DNA of 64,000 bases from Lama glama (lineage: Eukaryota), in NCBI GenBank assembly GCA_028534125.1, contig CM052817.1:99450001-99514000 (forward strand), written 5' to 3'. This document shows, piece by piece, positions 52,220-64,000 of the stretch. A model generated the notes under the pieces. It had not been told where the DNA came from. It saw nothing but the letters and a program-made list of their open reading frames with translations, and did not search any database. The position numbers and the translations under genes are program-made. Numbering within the stretch: the first letter of the stretch is position 1; the number at the start of each line of letters is the position of its first letter.

Positions 52220-54519
52220 ATTACACCCAGTGCTAGATCTTATTATTAATGGATTAATAACAAAATCTGTTTTTAACCCCAAACATAATACTTACTTTCC
52301 ACTTGGACCCAGCACTGCATAATTTAACACTTGAGGTTTTAAATATCACAAGTGGCCCTGAATCTCCAGGACATGTAGTAATTTGTCAATCTGTTGAGGC
52401 ATGAAATAGGATTGCTGCTGCTGAGGAGTTGCTGAGCCAGTCAGGAGCCTGTCCGCCCAGGGACCACATTGCTACATGATGTTGTTTAATGTGCATAACA
52501 AAGCTATAAATGAAGTCACATCATCCCCACTTTACAGATGAAGAGTTTGATGAAATCACAAATTAGACCAGAATTAGAGGATCTGGAGATTTTCAAAGGT
52601 CCAGTCATGTCTCTAGACTATCATCTTGTTTCTGACTCCAATGTAAAGAAGTGAACTCCCTGAAAGTAAGGACCTTATCTTTAATCTTGGCACCCACCAG
52701 GGCACACACTGAACTTGACAATACAAGTGGTCAATAAATGGCTTCCTGATTAATGAAATTTCTAAGAATTCTGCCTTCCTTCACTGAAAGGGGATTTCCT
52801 GGAGGTCATAGCCTCCAACTTCATCCTGCTGAATTCCCAGCGCCTGGAAAAGCACCTATCTCATACAAATTAGAAGTATTTATTAATTGACTACTTGTCT
52901 AACTCAGATTTGTGTTTGGCACCTGACACACATTTTCTTTTATTGATGGTTTTCTATAAATGTCTTTGAACATCAAAATAATGTACAAAAGTGTAAATAA
53001 GACCAATTTTGTAGATAATTAAAAATTCTTTTACATTTTCAACTTTTCTATTCTTTGGACTAACTTGAATATCGGTCTCCTTCATTATTATAGGAAGTTT
53101 TTATTTATAAAATACTGGGACAGAAATCTGTATTTAGTTTTGACTGTTAATTATCAGTACACATACAACTGGAACATACAGGTAAGTGTATTTTTATATA
53201 ATCATATTTGTCCTTAGGCTCAAATAAGTTAAAAATAATAATACTTAATTTACTAGTTTTTTTTAGACTAATACTTCATCTTACAGGATGAAAAAAATTT
53301 AGTCAAAAATAAACATAATCAGGGGAAATTATTAATGAAAACTTTTATTATATTAAACTTAAAAGATTTGTTCTTGAGAGGGATAAAATTTTATGGTAGC
53401 AATAGGTCAAAGAAAGCAAGGTACTTGTTTTTCAATTTCTAGAATGTGTTGAGTATAAAAAGTGCCCTACCTCACAATGCTTCTTTCCTGAGGGATCCAG
53501 AAATAGACACATAAAAATCCAAATGCGAAACGCACACATTTCTACTTAACAGCTCCTTGCCCTTTTCCCTCATTAGCTTCAGAACTGAGCTTGCTCAGAT
53601 AGTCACTAATAACTATGTGCCCCATGTATATTTAGAAGCCACCTTGTAGAGGCATTTGTCTTTGCCTCTAAATGTAGAGTTTCAATAAGCATTTCAGTTA
53701 CTGTTTCTTACAGAGCCCAAAAGCCCCCACTCTGTAAAATTAATCACTTTCACTTTTAAAAAATATTGAGTTTTCATGTGGTGAGGGATGACAAAAGCAT
53801 TTGGGACTATTTCTCTGTATGTCATTCAATAAGAGGAAATTTACTAATGATTGTTCAAACAATTTAGATATAATATATGGATAAATATATAATAAAGGAA
53901 AAACAGTTTCAGTTTTGTCTTTGTGAAATTTGGGGTTATGTTAACAAATGGGAACATTTTACTGAATCCTAACACATCCTGAGTTTGCTCAGATAGTCAC
54001 GTAAGTGGTGTGACCAAAATCATCTCCCTATCAGTGCTCTGCCAAACCTAAAAAGTCAACAATGGAATAAATCATTAAAGGTTTTCTTAGCATGCAAACA
54101 TTTTAACTGTAAGTCACTCTGTTAATTTGATCTATGAATTCATTACCACTCATGTCATCCAGAGGTAACTATAGCCCAGAAAAAATGACGCACATAAAAG
54201 GTAAGTTTTTCATGAAGAAAGTTCTGCTAGAAAAAAAGACTCAACTCCTGATATACCAAAGTAGCCAAGAATGAATGCTTCACCACCTTCCTCTACTGCT
54301 AGTTTCCATCCCAAGGAATAGTAACTCTGAGTTGTTAAACAGGTAAAGAAATTTAGCAAGTGGTGTCAGTCAGACCTCACACAAATTTCTTGCTAAGTGA
54401 TGATTCTAAAAGACAAATCCCCAAAGTTCTCATCTATAGCATGAAAGAGGCAAAGATTTAGATCAGGTCGAAAGCAAAGTATAACCTTGTAAGTAAATTA
54501 AGAAAATATTTCCTCCATT

Positions 54520-57050
54520 TCTGAGTTAGGGTAGCAGATCAAACAGAAGCATTTATTTCACTCCTTCCCAAATACCACCACAATCGAAGAAGTATAGGAA
54601 AAAACAGACAGGAGCAACAAAAATTTGGAAGCTGAAAACAAAATAGACCAATGGTAACTGACTTAGACACAAGAAACCTGAATCCCAAGACATCAGTAGG
54701 AAAACTGAAATCTAACTCAATTTATTCTACAGGATCTTCAAAAAAAAAAAATGGGAAGTGGCAACAGCAAGAACTTCTGGAAATTGTAGTTAGGAAGACT
54801 AGGGTAAAAGCAGTTTGACCTCCCCTCTTCAGTGGGAGCAACTGCTCTTCCTCAAACCAGGTGATAGATCAGACATTTATTCCTCTGAAGAAAATAAAAC
54901 TTGAGGTCTTTAGATTATGAAAGTGCCTGGCACAGTTGAGGGGATGGGTTTCATACCCCAACAGGTGAACTTATTAATTTTATGCATATTATATGCTCAC
55001 AGTAGAGACCCTCACCCCTCTTCCTTAATCAGTGCCCAGAATGCTAGCAACCAGGCACTTATCCACCTAGCCAGAGACTGGACATCTCTTTCCAGGTGAA
55101 TCTAACCCAAGAGTTAAACTTGCCGACTTAGTCACCCTACAGTGACATGTAGTTGCTAAATCCCATATTCAGCAATTCAATGAGTTTTTTAGTCTCTCAT
55201 GCTTAATCGTAGGTTACATAATCAAGGATTACCAGTCACTGTGAGAATCTTCTAATGTGAAAGATACAGACAAATACAAGCAGAAAAAAAAGTTATCTGG
55301 AGGAATTAAAGACTATTTAGGGAGAAGAAAACATTAAAAGGAAAAAAATGTCATTAATATCTTTAGAGCTAATTAAAAAAATACAGCATCCATGAAACAA
55401 GAACAGGATGCCATGGAAAAGAAATTCTCAGAGAACAAAAAAGAGTCCTTGGGAAATAAAAGCTTGATAGAAGGGGGAAAAAAATCTTAAAAGATGGGTT
55501 AGAAGATAAAGTTGAAGAAAGCATCCCTGAAAGTAGAATAGAAAGAGAGAGAGATGGGAAATAGGAGAAAAAAGATAATAAAACTGCAGAAACAGAAAAA
55601 ATAGGACATAGAAAATCATTAAAATTATTAAAGAAAAACTACCAGAATGTAAGGACTTATGTTTCCAGATGAAAAGAACCCATGAAATGCTGAGGAAAAC
55701 AGATGAAGACTCATAACAAGTCATGCATGAAATTTCAGAACACCTGGACACAGAAACGATTCCACTCACCTTCAGGAAAAAAGGTAAATATCTTGGTTAC
55801 ACACAAAGGATAAACAAACACAACAACTTTGGACTCCTCCACAGCAGCACTGGAAGCAAGAAGAGAGGTTTTCAAGAAGCAAGAAAAATACGTTCAAAAT
55901 TCTGTGCAAAATGATCTTCAACCTAGAATCCTATCCTCAGAAATTATTAATCAAGAATGAGGATTGAACAGAGATATTTTTAGACATTTTCAAGATCTCA
56001 ATTTATTCCCTACTTATCTTTTTTCTTTTTTAATCAGTCTTTTTTGGGGGGGGGTAATTAGATTTTTATTTATTGTAATTATTTATTTTAATGGAGGTAC
56101 TGGGAATGGAAACCAAGACTTTGTGCATGCTAAGCACATGCGCTACCACTAAGCTATACCCTCCCCCTGACTTTTCTTTTCTTAAGATGCTACTGGAGGA
56201 TACGCTTCACCCATATGGGAGAATAAACCAAGAAAGAGGAAGACCTGGAACCCAGGGAGCAAGAGAGGGAATCCCAGATGATAGCTGTGCCCCACACATG
56301 GGAGGTAAGCAGTCAGGTAGGGCAGTATGACTCAAGAATCAGACACAGGAAACACTGTCTTCACCAGTCCTCGGCCATTATACCCTTTTTCAGCCGAGGA
56401 TGCCTGTGTGAGCCTGACCCAGATTCTCATCTGCGTTTGGATATCTCTCCTGTATTGATGAAGCTCTACTCTCCTTTTAATCTAAGGACAGTCTTTCCAC
56501 CCCAAAAGGATTCTGGCTTGACTTACTCCTAAGACCTAGAAGTAGACCACACAGTTTAAAGTAGAAACTACAGAGCAGCCCTCGCTGTCTGGCCAAACTT
56601 CAGCTGTGTGACCAGTATCTGGTCCACACCACATTCATGTCAGATAGGTGCATTATAGTAATCTTTCTGCTTCCCAGGAGTTACTACAGACAGAGGAAGT
56701 CTCTTGTAAACACTTAGAGTAACTGAAGCCAGACTATGACCCAGAAACTCTGTTCAGCCTATTTGTGCTTGCTACTCTAGTTTTCAAAATTAAACAATAT
56801 ATTCTTTAGGGACAGGTATAAAAATGGTGGGGCTTTAGGAAAGCAAATGAACGGTGGACACAAAATCAAAATAATCATTTTCTCTGAGGAGAAAGAGTGA
56901 GATGTGATAGAGAGGAGCACACAGAACACTGGTACTAGTAATGTGGTTTCTTCACCCAGTTGGTGGGTACACAAACTTATTCTGATTACTTAAAACTATG
57001 TGTATATTTATACACCATTCCATATAAGTGAAATAGGCATTTTAATAAAA
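54520..57050 (+). mobile_element. Old L1ME/HAL1-like remnant
   Basis: Degenerate 5' UTR/ORF1-like A-rich sequence (gtttccagatgaaaagaacccatgaaatgc; ttcaacctagaatcctatcc). Confidence 0.65.
56020..56167 (-). mobile_element. Vic-1-like SINE
   Basis: atggaggtactgggaatggaaacc...tgcatgctaagcacatgcgctaccactaagctataccctcccc. Confidence 0.9.
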
Positions 57051-58049
57051 ATTATTTAACTGCATTTTATTAAAAGATGCTTCTATTTTATTACCAACTT
57101 TGATTTCAGATCTTAATCAAAATGTTTATAAAACTTCATCTCTCTTGGTGTATTATTTATTTCAAATAAAAACATTTAGGAAAAAAAACCCTCATCTCTC
57201 CTAAAATCATGGACTGTTCCATTCAAAAGGAAACAAATGATATAATATTACTACTATGTAGAAAGCAGAGAGCAATTTCCTCTCACATAAGCCCCTGACT
57301 GGCAATATACTTGGTTATATTATAGAGATAAAAAATTAGGAGCATTTTCTCAATATTTATGATAATTCTATAAGCAGCTTTGATAAACAAACATCATATA
57401 TTAATACATATATTAATAATAATATTTAATTAGGTAATTTATTTAAAGTGTATTAAAAATCAGAAGATCTAATGTTGCCCCTAATTTACCAATCTCAGGT
57501 ACTATTTATCCTTCTTAAAACACTGAAGTATATACAGAATTCAGATTTACTTATTAAATCAATTGTGACAATCTTAAGTGAATCTGCTTATCTGTGCTTT
57601 GAGACTAGCTAATAAAATATAGTGGTATTTTGATGTCCCTGTTTTGGATTTTGGTTTGTTTTATATTTAATCCCTGAATCATTGCTTAGATCAATCAGGT
57701 AAAGGAACTTTACGGAGGTTCATATAACACATAAATATTTTTCTAGCTTGACTAAGTATAAGCCTAGGTTAAGACAATTTTAATTTTCCTCTGGACACAT
57801 TGCCTCAGTCAAATATCTACTTTTATCTATGTCCAGGGATTTTCTAACTCATGGCTCATTAAAACGGCAATTTATCCTCTACCTGAAAATTGCTAACTAT
57901 ATCTACATTTTTTAAAATGTACCACAATTGCAAGCAATTGTGAATCCAAAACTAAAAATAAGTAATTTGTTCTAGGTATCAATAGCCTAAGTATTTTCCA
58001 TATGTAAGTCCTTACTATAAAAAGTGAGGTATTGCTAATTAATTTCTTA

Positions 58050-59185
58050 ATTAAACAAAATTTTATTTAGTATCTACTGTGTGTGCCAGGTTCTATACTA
58101 GGTACAGTATTATTAGCACAACACTGTACCAGGTACAGTGGATAAAACAGAAATCTTTGACCTCAGAGCTTTTATTCTAATGGGGGGACTGACAATAAAA
58201 AATATACGTACATAAGATGACATGTAATAAGGTAAGAAGAAATGTAGAGGAAAACATAGCAGGCAAGAATGTGTATGTCATGACAACCGCAATTTTAAAT
58301 GCTGTTCATAAGAAAGACGTCGCTGCAAAAGTGGTATGTGAGCAGTTAGGTGATAAGGCTCTCTGGAAGAAGAGCATTTTAAGCAGAGAGAATGGCCAAG
58401 TACAAAGCCCTGAGATGGGAGTATGGCTGGTATGTTTGCAGAACCAGAAGGCCAGTGTGACTAAACTGGAATGAGTGAAGACTGTTGTAGATGAGATCAG
58501 AAAAATAAGGGGCCAGATCATGGATGGCCTTGTTGGCCACAGTATGGAGTGTGATGGAAACCGGATCGTGGACATGGTTGGCATTTTTGTTGTTGTTGAA
58601 CACATGAATGCCCTATTTTAATATAATTAACTACATTACTTTATTAATAAAAAAATCATTATTTCTTTTTTTGGTTTTTATTTATTTATTTAAATTTACT
58701 TTTCTTCTAGTTTAATTTAGATACAATCTCTTCCGGTTTTATTGAGATATTGAGATATAATACAGCACTTGTATACATTTAACATGTATAGCATACTTAT
58801 TTGACTTACATACATCATGAAATGTTGTATAATGTTCACAGTAAGTTCAGTGAACATCCATCATCTCATATAAATAAAAAATTAAAGAAATAGAAAAAAA
58901 CGAGAAGCTGGCATTTCTTTTTAAGAGTTGCTCTGGCTGCTGAATTCAGAACAGGCTGAAGGCAGGGTAAAAGCCAAAGTACAAAGGCCAGTTAGAGGAA
59001 TCCAGGGAAAAGATGATGACGACTTTGACCAGGGTCAAGTGGTAAGAAGTGGTCAGGGCTCTGAATATACTTTAAAGATAGAGCTGATAGGTTTTAGGTG
59101 GGGAATATGAAAAAAGAAATCAGTCGAAGATAATTCTAAAGTGAGCTACTGGAAGAATTCAGTTGCCATTACTGAGGTGGGGAAG
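58050..59185 (-). mobile_element. L2 remnant interrupted by an antisense L1 3' fragment (~58660-58900)
   Basis: tatttagtatctactgtgtgtgccagg L2 tail; tcacagtaagttcagtgaacatccatcatctcata L1MA9-type. Confidence 0.7.
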
Positions 59186-60132
59186 GCCACATTTTATCAT
59201 GAATATGAGCCTCTGGGTTTATAAATGCTGTAAATTTATTTCTAAAGAATGCTTCTTTAGTTAGCAAAGTGTTTTATGGTGAAAGATAATTATACCTAAA
59301 AAGCAACCTGAATTAGAGTGTGACCTTTTTTTTTTTTTAATTCCTGAGGGTCTGGTAAATGAAAAAAACATTCACAATTGTTCTTTAAAAAAAGGCACTT
59401 CTTACATAATTGCTAAGTGCAACTTGCAATCTTTGCTCTAGTTGAGCTGCTTAAGTCTTTGTTGTCTCATTGTGGGTGTTAAAGCGCTGGTGATACATGC
59501 TGGTACTGTCTGCACAGCACTTTAATTGTAGGGATTCTCTCTTAGCCTATCTGTCTTCTGATTTTTAATTATCTTTAGAGAAAATTATACACAGAATTTC
59601 TACAATGATTACCCACTGTCATACACTGGTAACTCCAAAACCTGTTCATTATAATGCTAAAAGGACAAGAACATGTTCTTCACCCCAATTTACAGGGTCT
59701 ATTTCACAGTTGTGTCCATTTCCATTTCGACAAATAATCCAAATCTAAAAATATACACCCTTCTCTTCCGTTTTTATTTCTTGAAAGGTAAATTTTTTTT
59801 TTCTTTTCAGAGCTCTGCTCTTGTTTTGACAGTGATTATTGTGCCTACATTTTATTCTGGTATTCTTTAATGGAAATGTATTGTTTATTTCTATAAAGTG
59901 AGTTTTGTTTTGCTTTTAAGATTCTAGAATTCTTTTTTATTGCCATGGTAAATATTGGTTTGTTTTACATTCTTTTTAACCTTAAAATGAATATGGAATC
60001 ATATGTTACAGTTGACTGGAAGTTTGGAAGTAATCCAACTCGACCTCTAAGCAGGTACCCTGGCCATTTATTTTAACCATTTCCGGTATCAGAGAACTCA
60101 CTAGCAGTCCACTGCATTGTTAAAGAGCTCTA

Positions 60133-60923
60133 CCAACAACACATAAAAAAGATTATACATCATGACCAAGTGGGGTTCATCCCAGGGACACAAGGCTGGT
60201 TCAACATACGCAAATCAATCAATGTAATACATCACATCAACAAGAGAAAGGACAAAAACCACATGATCATCTCAATCGATNNNNNNNNNNNNNNNNNNNN
60301 NNNNNNNNNNNNNNNNNNNNNNNNNNNNNNNNNNNNNNNNNNNNNNNNNNNNNNNNNNNNNNNNNNNNNNNNNNNNNNNNNNNNNNNNNNNNNNNNNNNN
60401 NNNNNNNNNNNNNNNNNNNNNNNNNNNNNNNNNNNNNNNNNNNNNNNNNNNNNNNNNNNNNNNNNNNNNNNNNNNNNNNNNNNNNNNNNNNNNNNNNNNN
60501 NNNNNNNNNNNNNNNNNNNNNNNNNNNNNNNNNNNNNNNNNNNNNNNNNNNNNNNNNNNNNNNNNNNNNNNNNNNNNNNNNNNNNNNNNNNNNNNNNNNN
60601 NNNNNNNNNNNNNNNNNNNNNNNNNNNNNNNNNNNNNNNNNNNNNNNNNNNNNNNNNNNNNNNNNNNNNNNNNNNNNNNNNNNNNNNNNNNNNNNNNNNN
60701 NNNNNNNNNNNNNNNNNNNNNNNNNNNNNNNNNNNNNNNNNNNNNNNNNNNNNNNNNNNNNNNNNNNNNNNNNNNNNNNNACACAAAATGTTATGATAAC
60801 TCACAGAGAAAAAAATGTGACAATGAGTGTGTATGTGTCCATGAATGACTGAAAAATTGTGCTGAACACTGGAATTTGACACAACATTGTAAAATGATTA
60901 TAAATCAATAAAAAATGTTAAAA
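60133..60923 (+). mobile_element. Young 5'-truncated L1 spanning the assembly gap
   Basis: Uninterrupted ORF2 [50 protein letters not shown]1 3' UTR after the gap; perfect TSD AAAGAGCTCTA at 60122-60132 and 60924-60934. Confidence 0.93.
60281..60780. other. Assembly gap (500 N)
   Basis: Run of n. Confidence 1.
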
Positions 60924-61469
60924 AAAGAGCTCTAACTGCTAGAAAATTCTTTCTCACAAGTTGTTAAAGTTGCTATATCCTCTATTCCTATATCCTCTAT
61001 TCATAAGTTCCTGGAACAACAAAAAGCACAACTGCCTTTGATTCAAACATCAAGTTATATTCTCAGGTCAGCGAGTAACTTGCTATTTGACGTTAGGTCA
61101 GAATCATGACCACTCTGAGCTTCATTACACCATCTGATCTATAAAATGAGGAGGTTGGACCATGAATACCTCTTTCAGATCTTAAATTCCAGAATTCTAG
61201 TAGCTCTTCCACAGGATCTTGCGATATATGAGGGTAGCTATCAAATTCCTACCTAAATTTACTTTTTTTCCCCCACCCTAATGCCCTAGTTCACTCAAAG
61301 ATTCTTTGTATGACGTGGTTTCTAGCCCCTTCACAATCCTTATAGCCCTTCCCTGGATATACTCCAGATTATCAGCATGCTGGGTAGCACCCAGAACTGA
61401 AGAATATAAATGTTCTAGATGTGATCTGGGTACTGAGTTCCGTATTACTAGCACTTAATTGTCCTTGAA

Positions 61470-62135
61470 TAAGTTACCCATTTCTGCATAAGCAATACCC
61501 CCAATTCAACAGTTTTAAACAGCAACAAACATTTTTTAACTTGCAATTCTGTGGGCCAGGAAATTCGGACAGGGTTTACCTGAGTGATTCTGGCTCAAAT
61601 TCTCTCATTGACTGGGGCTGTAGTCATCTCAATTCTCAACTAGGGCTGAAGGATCTCTTGTAAACTCACTCATGTAGTTGTTAGCAAGCTCAACTTTCTC
61701 CTGGGATATTGGATAGAGGGCCTCAATTCCTCATTACATCACACAGGTCTCTCTGTAGGACTGCTTACATCATGATGCATCATGACAGTTTGCTCACTCC
61801 AGGACAAGTGATTGTAGGGAAGAGCGGAGAGGGAGAGACAGAGAGAGAGAGAGGGAAAGGATCAGTTTCTTTCCTTCTTTCTTTTCTTTTAAAAAAAATT
61901 CAACAGGTATTTATTGGTTATTTGAAACGTATCAGCCAATTCTCTAGACATGGGGGATACTTAATGAACAGAACTGACAAATTCCTTGCTCTTCTTTATA
62001 ATACAATCTCAGAGGGAGCATCCCATCACTTCTGCCATACCCTGCTTGTTAGAATTGAGTCACTTGGTCCAGCCCACAGGATTATACATACACATTGAAC
62101 ATCAGGAGCAGGAGGCACTAAGACTGCCTATTTCA
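61470..62135 (-). mobile_element. MaLR LTR (MLT1F-like)
   Basis: tttaaacagcaacaaacatt...ttctgtgggccaggaaattcggacagg...catcccatcacttctgccata. Confidence 0.75.
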
Positions 62136-63529
62136 GTTGTGAACACCCATCTCTCTACAAATGTAGCCTAAGATTGCATAATGGTTTCATGCCAATGGTT
62201 CATGTTAAACGTCTAGTCAATTAAAACACAAAGTTTCTGTTTGTTTGTTTTACAAAGCCATTGATTTTGCACTTAATCTTTGGACCTTAAGGACAGGAGT
62301 TATGTCTGACATTTAATTGTCTCTAACATATTTTTAGAAGTTACCTCCTATATACTATAATTTAAATCCCTGTTAGAGAAGAGGGAGGCTTTGAAGACAC
62401 ATTTTTCAGATGTCCATCAATTTACTTTCAGTAACTCCTGTGGTATCTCCTGAGGGCTAGGGGGTTTAAAGTAGTATTGTGAGTAAGTGTAATGTCTTAT
62501 TAAGCCTCAGAGTTCTTATAAAACTTGATAAACATTCTTTATTAAATTAATACAGGATGACTATAAATATATCTGTGTTGGTCTCCACGGGCATTTTCAA
62601 TGTCTGAATACCCAAGCCTTGCAAGAACTAAACAGGAGTTCATGTCTATTCTACTTTCTATTTCTTTGAGTTATTTAAAGCCACTGTTATTTATGATAAA
62701 AAATCTTATTTTTCTAAACCAAAATAAAATTAACATTACATATAATCCCCACTTAGAGATTTTGTTCTTCTCATTTGCTTTCTAATTAAAGGGTTTTAGT
62801 GTATAAAGAGAACATACAAAGAAAAAATTATACAGTTAATTTTTAGACTAAAGAGACAGTATATTTCATTACATTTAAAAAATAAGGAATTAAAAAACAT
62901 ATTTCATGTTATAATCTTGTCTCCTTCAGTTTCTAAATAATTCCTTTTCCCTTTACAGAGAAAAGAGCACCTAAAAATAAATATGAATAAAATGACATCT
63001 TTAAATGTTGTAAGTGTGTTGTACTGGTTTTTTAAAATATGAAATAAACATCTTTTGAATGGCTATTTTTAGTAGCATAATACAGCTGTGTACTGTAAAT
63101 TAAGGGAATGCATTTCAAGTTAGGAATCACTGGTTTGATTCAGAAATCCAATCAAAATCAAATCATGTAAGTTTTTGGTAAGTGGGAGAAATAAAGAGCT
63201 TTCAAATTTGTTTCTTTTTCTTCAACAGGAAGAATTATTTTATTAAGAGTCAGAAGGCCTGGACTCCTGACATGGTGGTGCCTCTACGGTGTGACCTTAC
63301 ACCAGTTATTGATTTCTCTATTATCTTGGTTACTGGTCTGTGAAAGGAAGTGGCTGGACCAAAGTTTCTTTCAGATTTCAAAGTTTCTGATTCTGTGAAT
63401 TTCCTACTGTTCTCAGTGTCTTTTCTGATAATTTCAATTTCAAAGTAGAGAAGGGAAGCATAGGCAAATGAAGTGTGCATCTGGGTGCTGGGCCACAGCT
63501 ATACTTGGGAATTTTCATTCATTTTTCTT

Positions 63530-63805
63530 AAAGATAGTTTTTTTAACAGCAGTTTAAGGTTTGTAATAAAATAATATACCCCTCACCCTGCACATGCATA
63601 GCCTCTCCTATTATCAATACCATCCACTAGAATGCTACATTTTTACCACAGATGAACCTACATTAACACATAATCACCTAAAGCCTGCAGTTTACTTTAG
63701 GGTTCAATCTTGGTTTTGTACATTCTATGGGTTTGGACAAAAGTATAATGACATAAATTTATCATTATAATACCAGATAAGAGTATTTTCACTGCCCTAA
63801 AATCA
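63530..63805 (-). mobile_element. L1MC-like 3' end
   Basis: gatgaacctacattaacacat...ttgtacattctatgggtttggacaaa...ttcactgccctaaaa. Confidence 0.85.
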
Positions 63806-64000
63806 TTCATCTTTTTAAAAAATGTCATTGTTTGGATTATAAAATGCGTAATCTAAATGAGAAGTTCACATATTTCAGAAATGTATATTTCAGAAAATAA
63901 AAGTTAACCATAACCACTCCTAGAAGAAATCTGATGGTTTTTTGCACAAACCTCTAGGTTTTAAATGCATATTTTAACCCACATATTAATTAATTCTAAC

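Larger units (their letters stand above)
59995..61430 (-). mobile_element. L3/CR1 remnant hosting the young L1 and a MIR piece
   Basis: gagaactcacta...cattgt[L1]agctctaactgctagaaaattctttct; gcacccagaactgaa...tctagatgtgatctg. Confidence 0.6.

Noticed and set aside
21966..56167. tRNA-Ala-like sequences (six copies)
   Set aside because: They have A-rich tails, TSDs and degenerate stems, so they are SINEs rather than tRNA genes
60170..60882. ORFs of 170-216 aa
   Set aside because: Artefacts of the N run; only the L1 ORF2 piece is real
59790..63230. Plus-strand acceptor-like tracts (~59810, ~62958, ~63228)
   Set aside because: No paired donors or coding frames; such tracts are common in AT-rich DNA. 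No RPS3A or other neighbouring gene exon was recognised in the window.

Overview
Mammalian genomic DNA, probably camelid (six tRNA-Ala-derived SINEs resembling Vic-1, camelid-type L1 3' ends, no Alu, Bov-tA or PRE1 seen). The window holds the 5' end of LRBA on the minus strand: a CpG-island promoter (~28.5-30.0 kb), a non-coding first exon ending at 29038, and the first coding exon (28016-28447; CDS 28016-28231, 72 codons). Positions 1-28015 are the large following intron and ~30-64 kb is upstream intergenic DNA. Both are dense in L1, L2, L3, MIR, SINE, Tigger/Charlie and LTR elements, many nested with visible target-site duplications (TSDs). A 500-N gap lies inside a young L1. I found no novel protein-coding system. 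The best leads are regulatory and unproven: (1) a 48-codon uORF in LRBA exon 1 whose CATG also starts an antisense ORF, plus an alternative upstream donor that would bypass it; (2) MER41-like LTRs with GAS/kB motifs and further STAT/NF-kB clusters around this immune gene; (3) a candidate poison exon; (4) an L1 3' transduction. Repeat family names come from recalled consensus sequences, and repeat boundaries are approximate unless a TSD is quoted.
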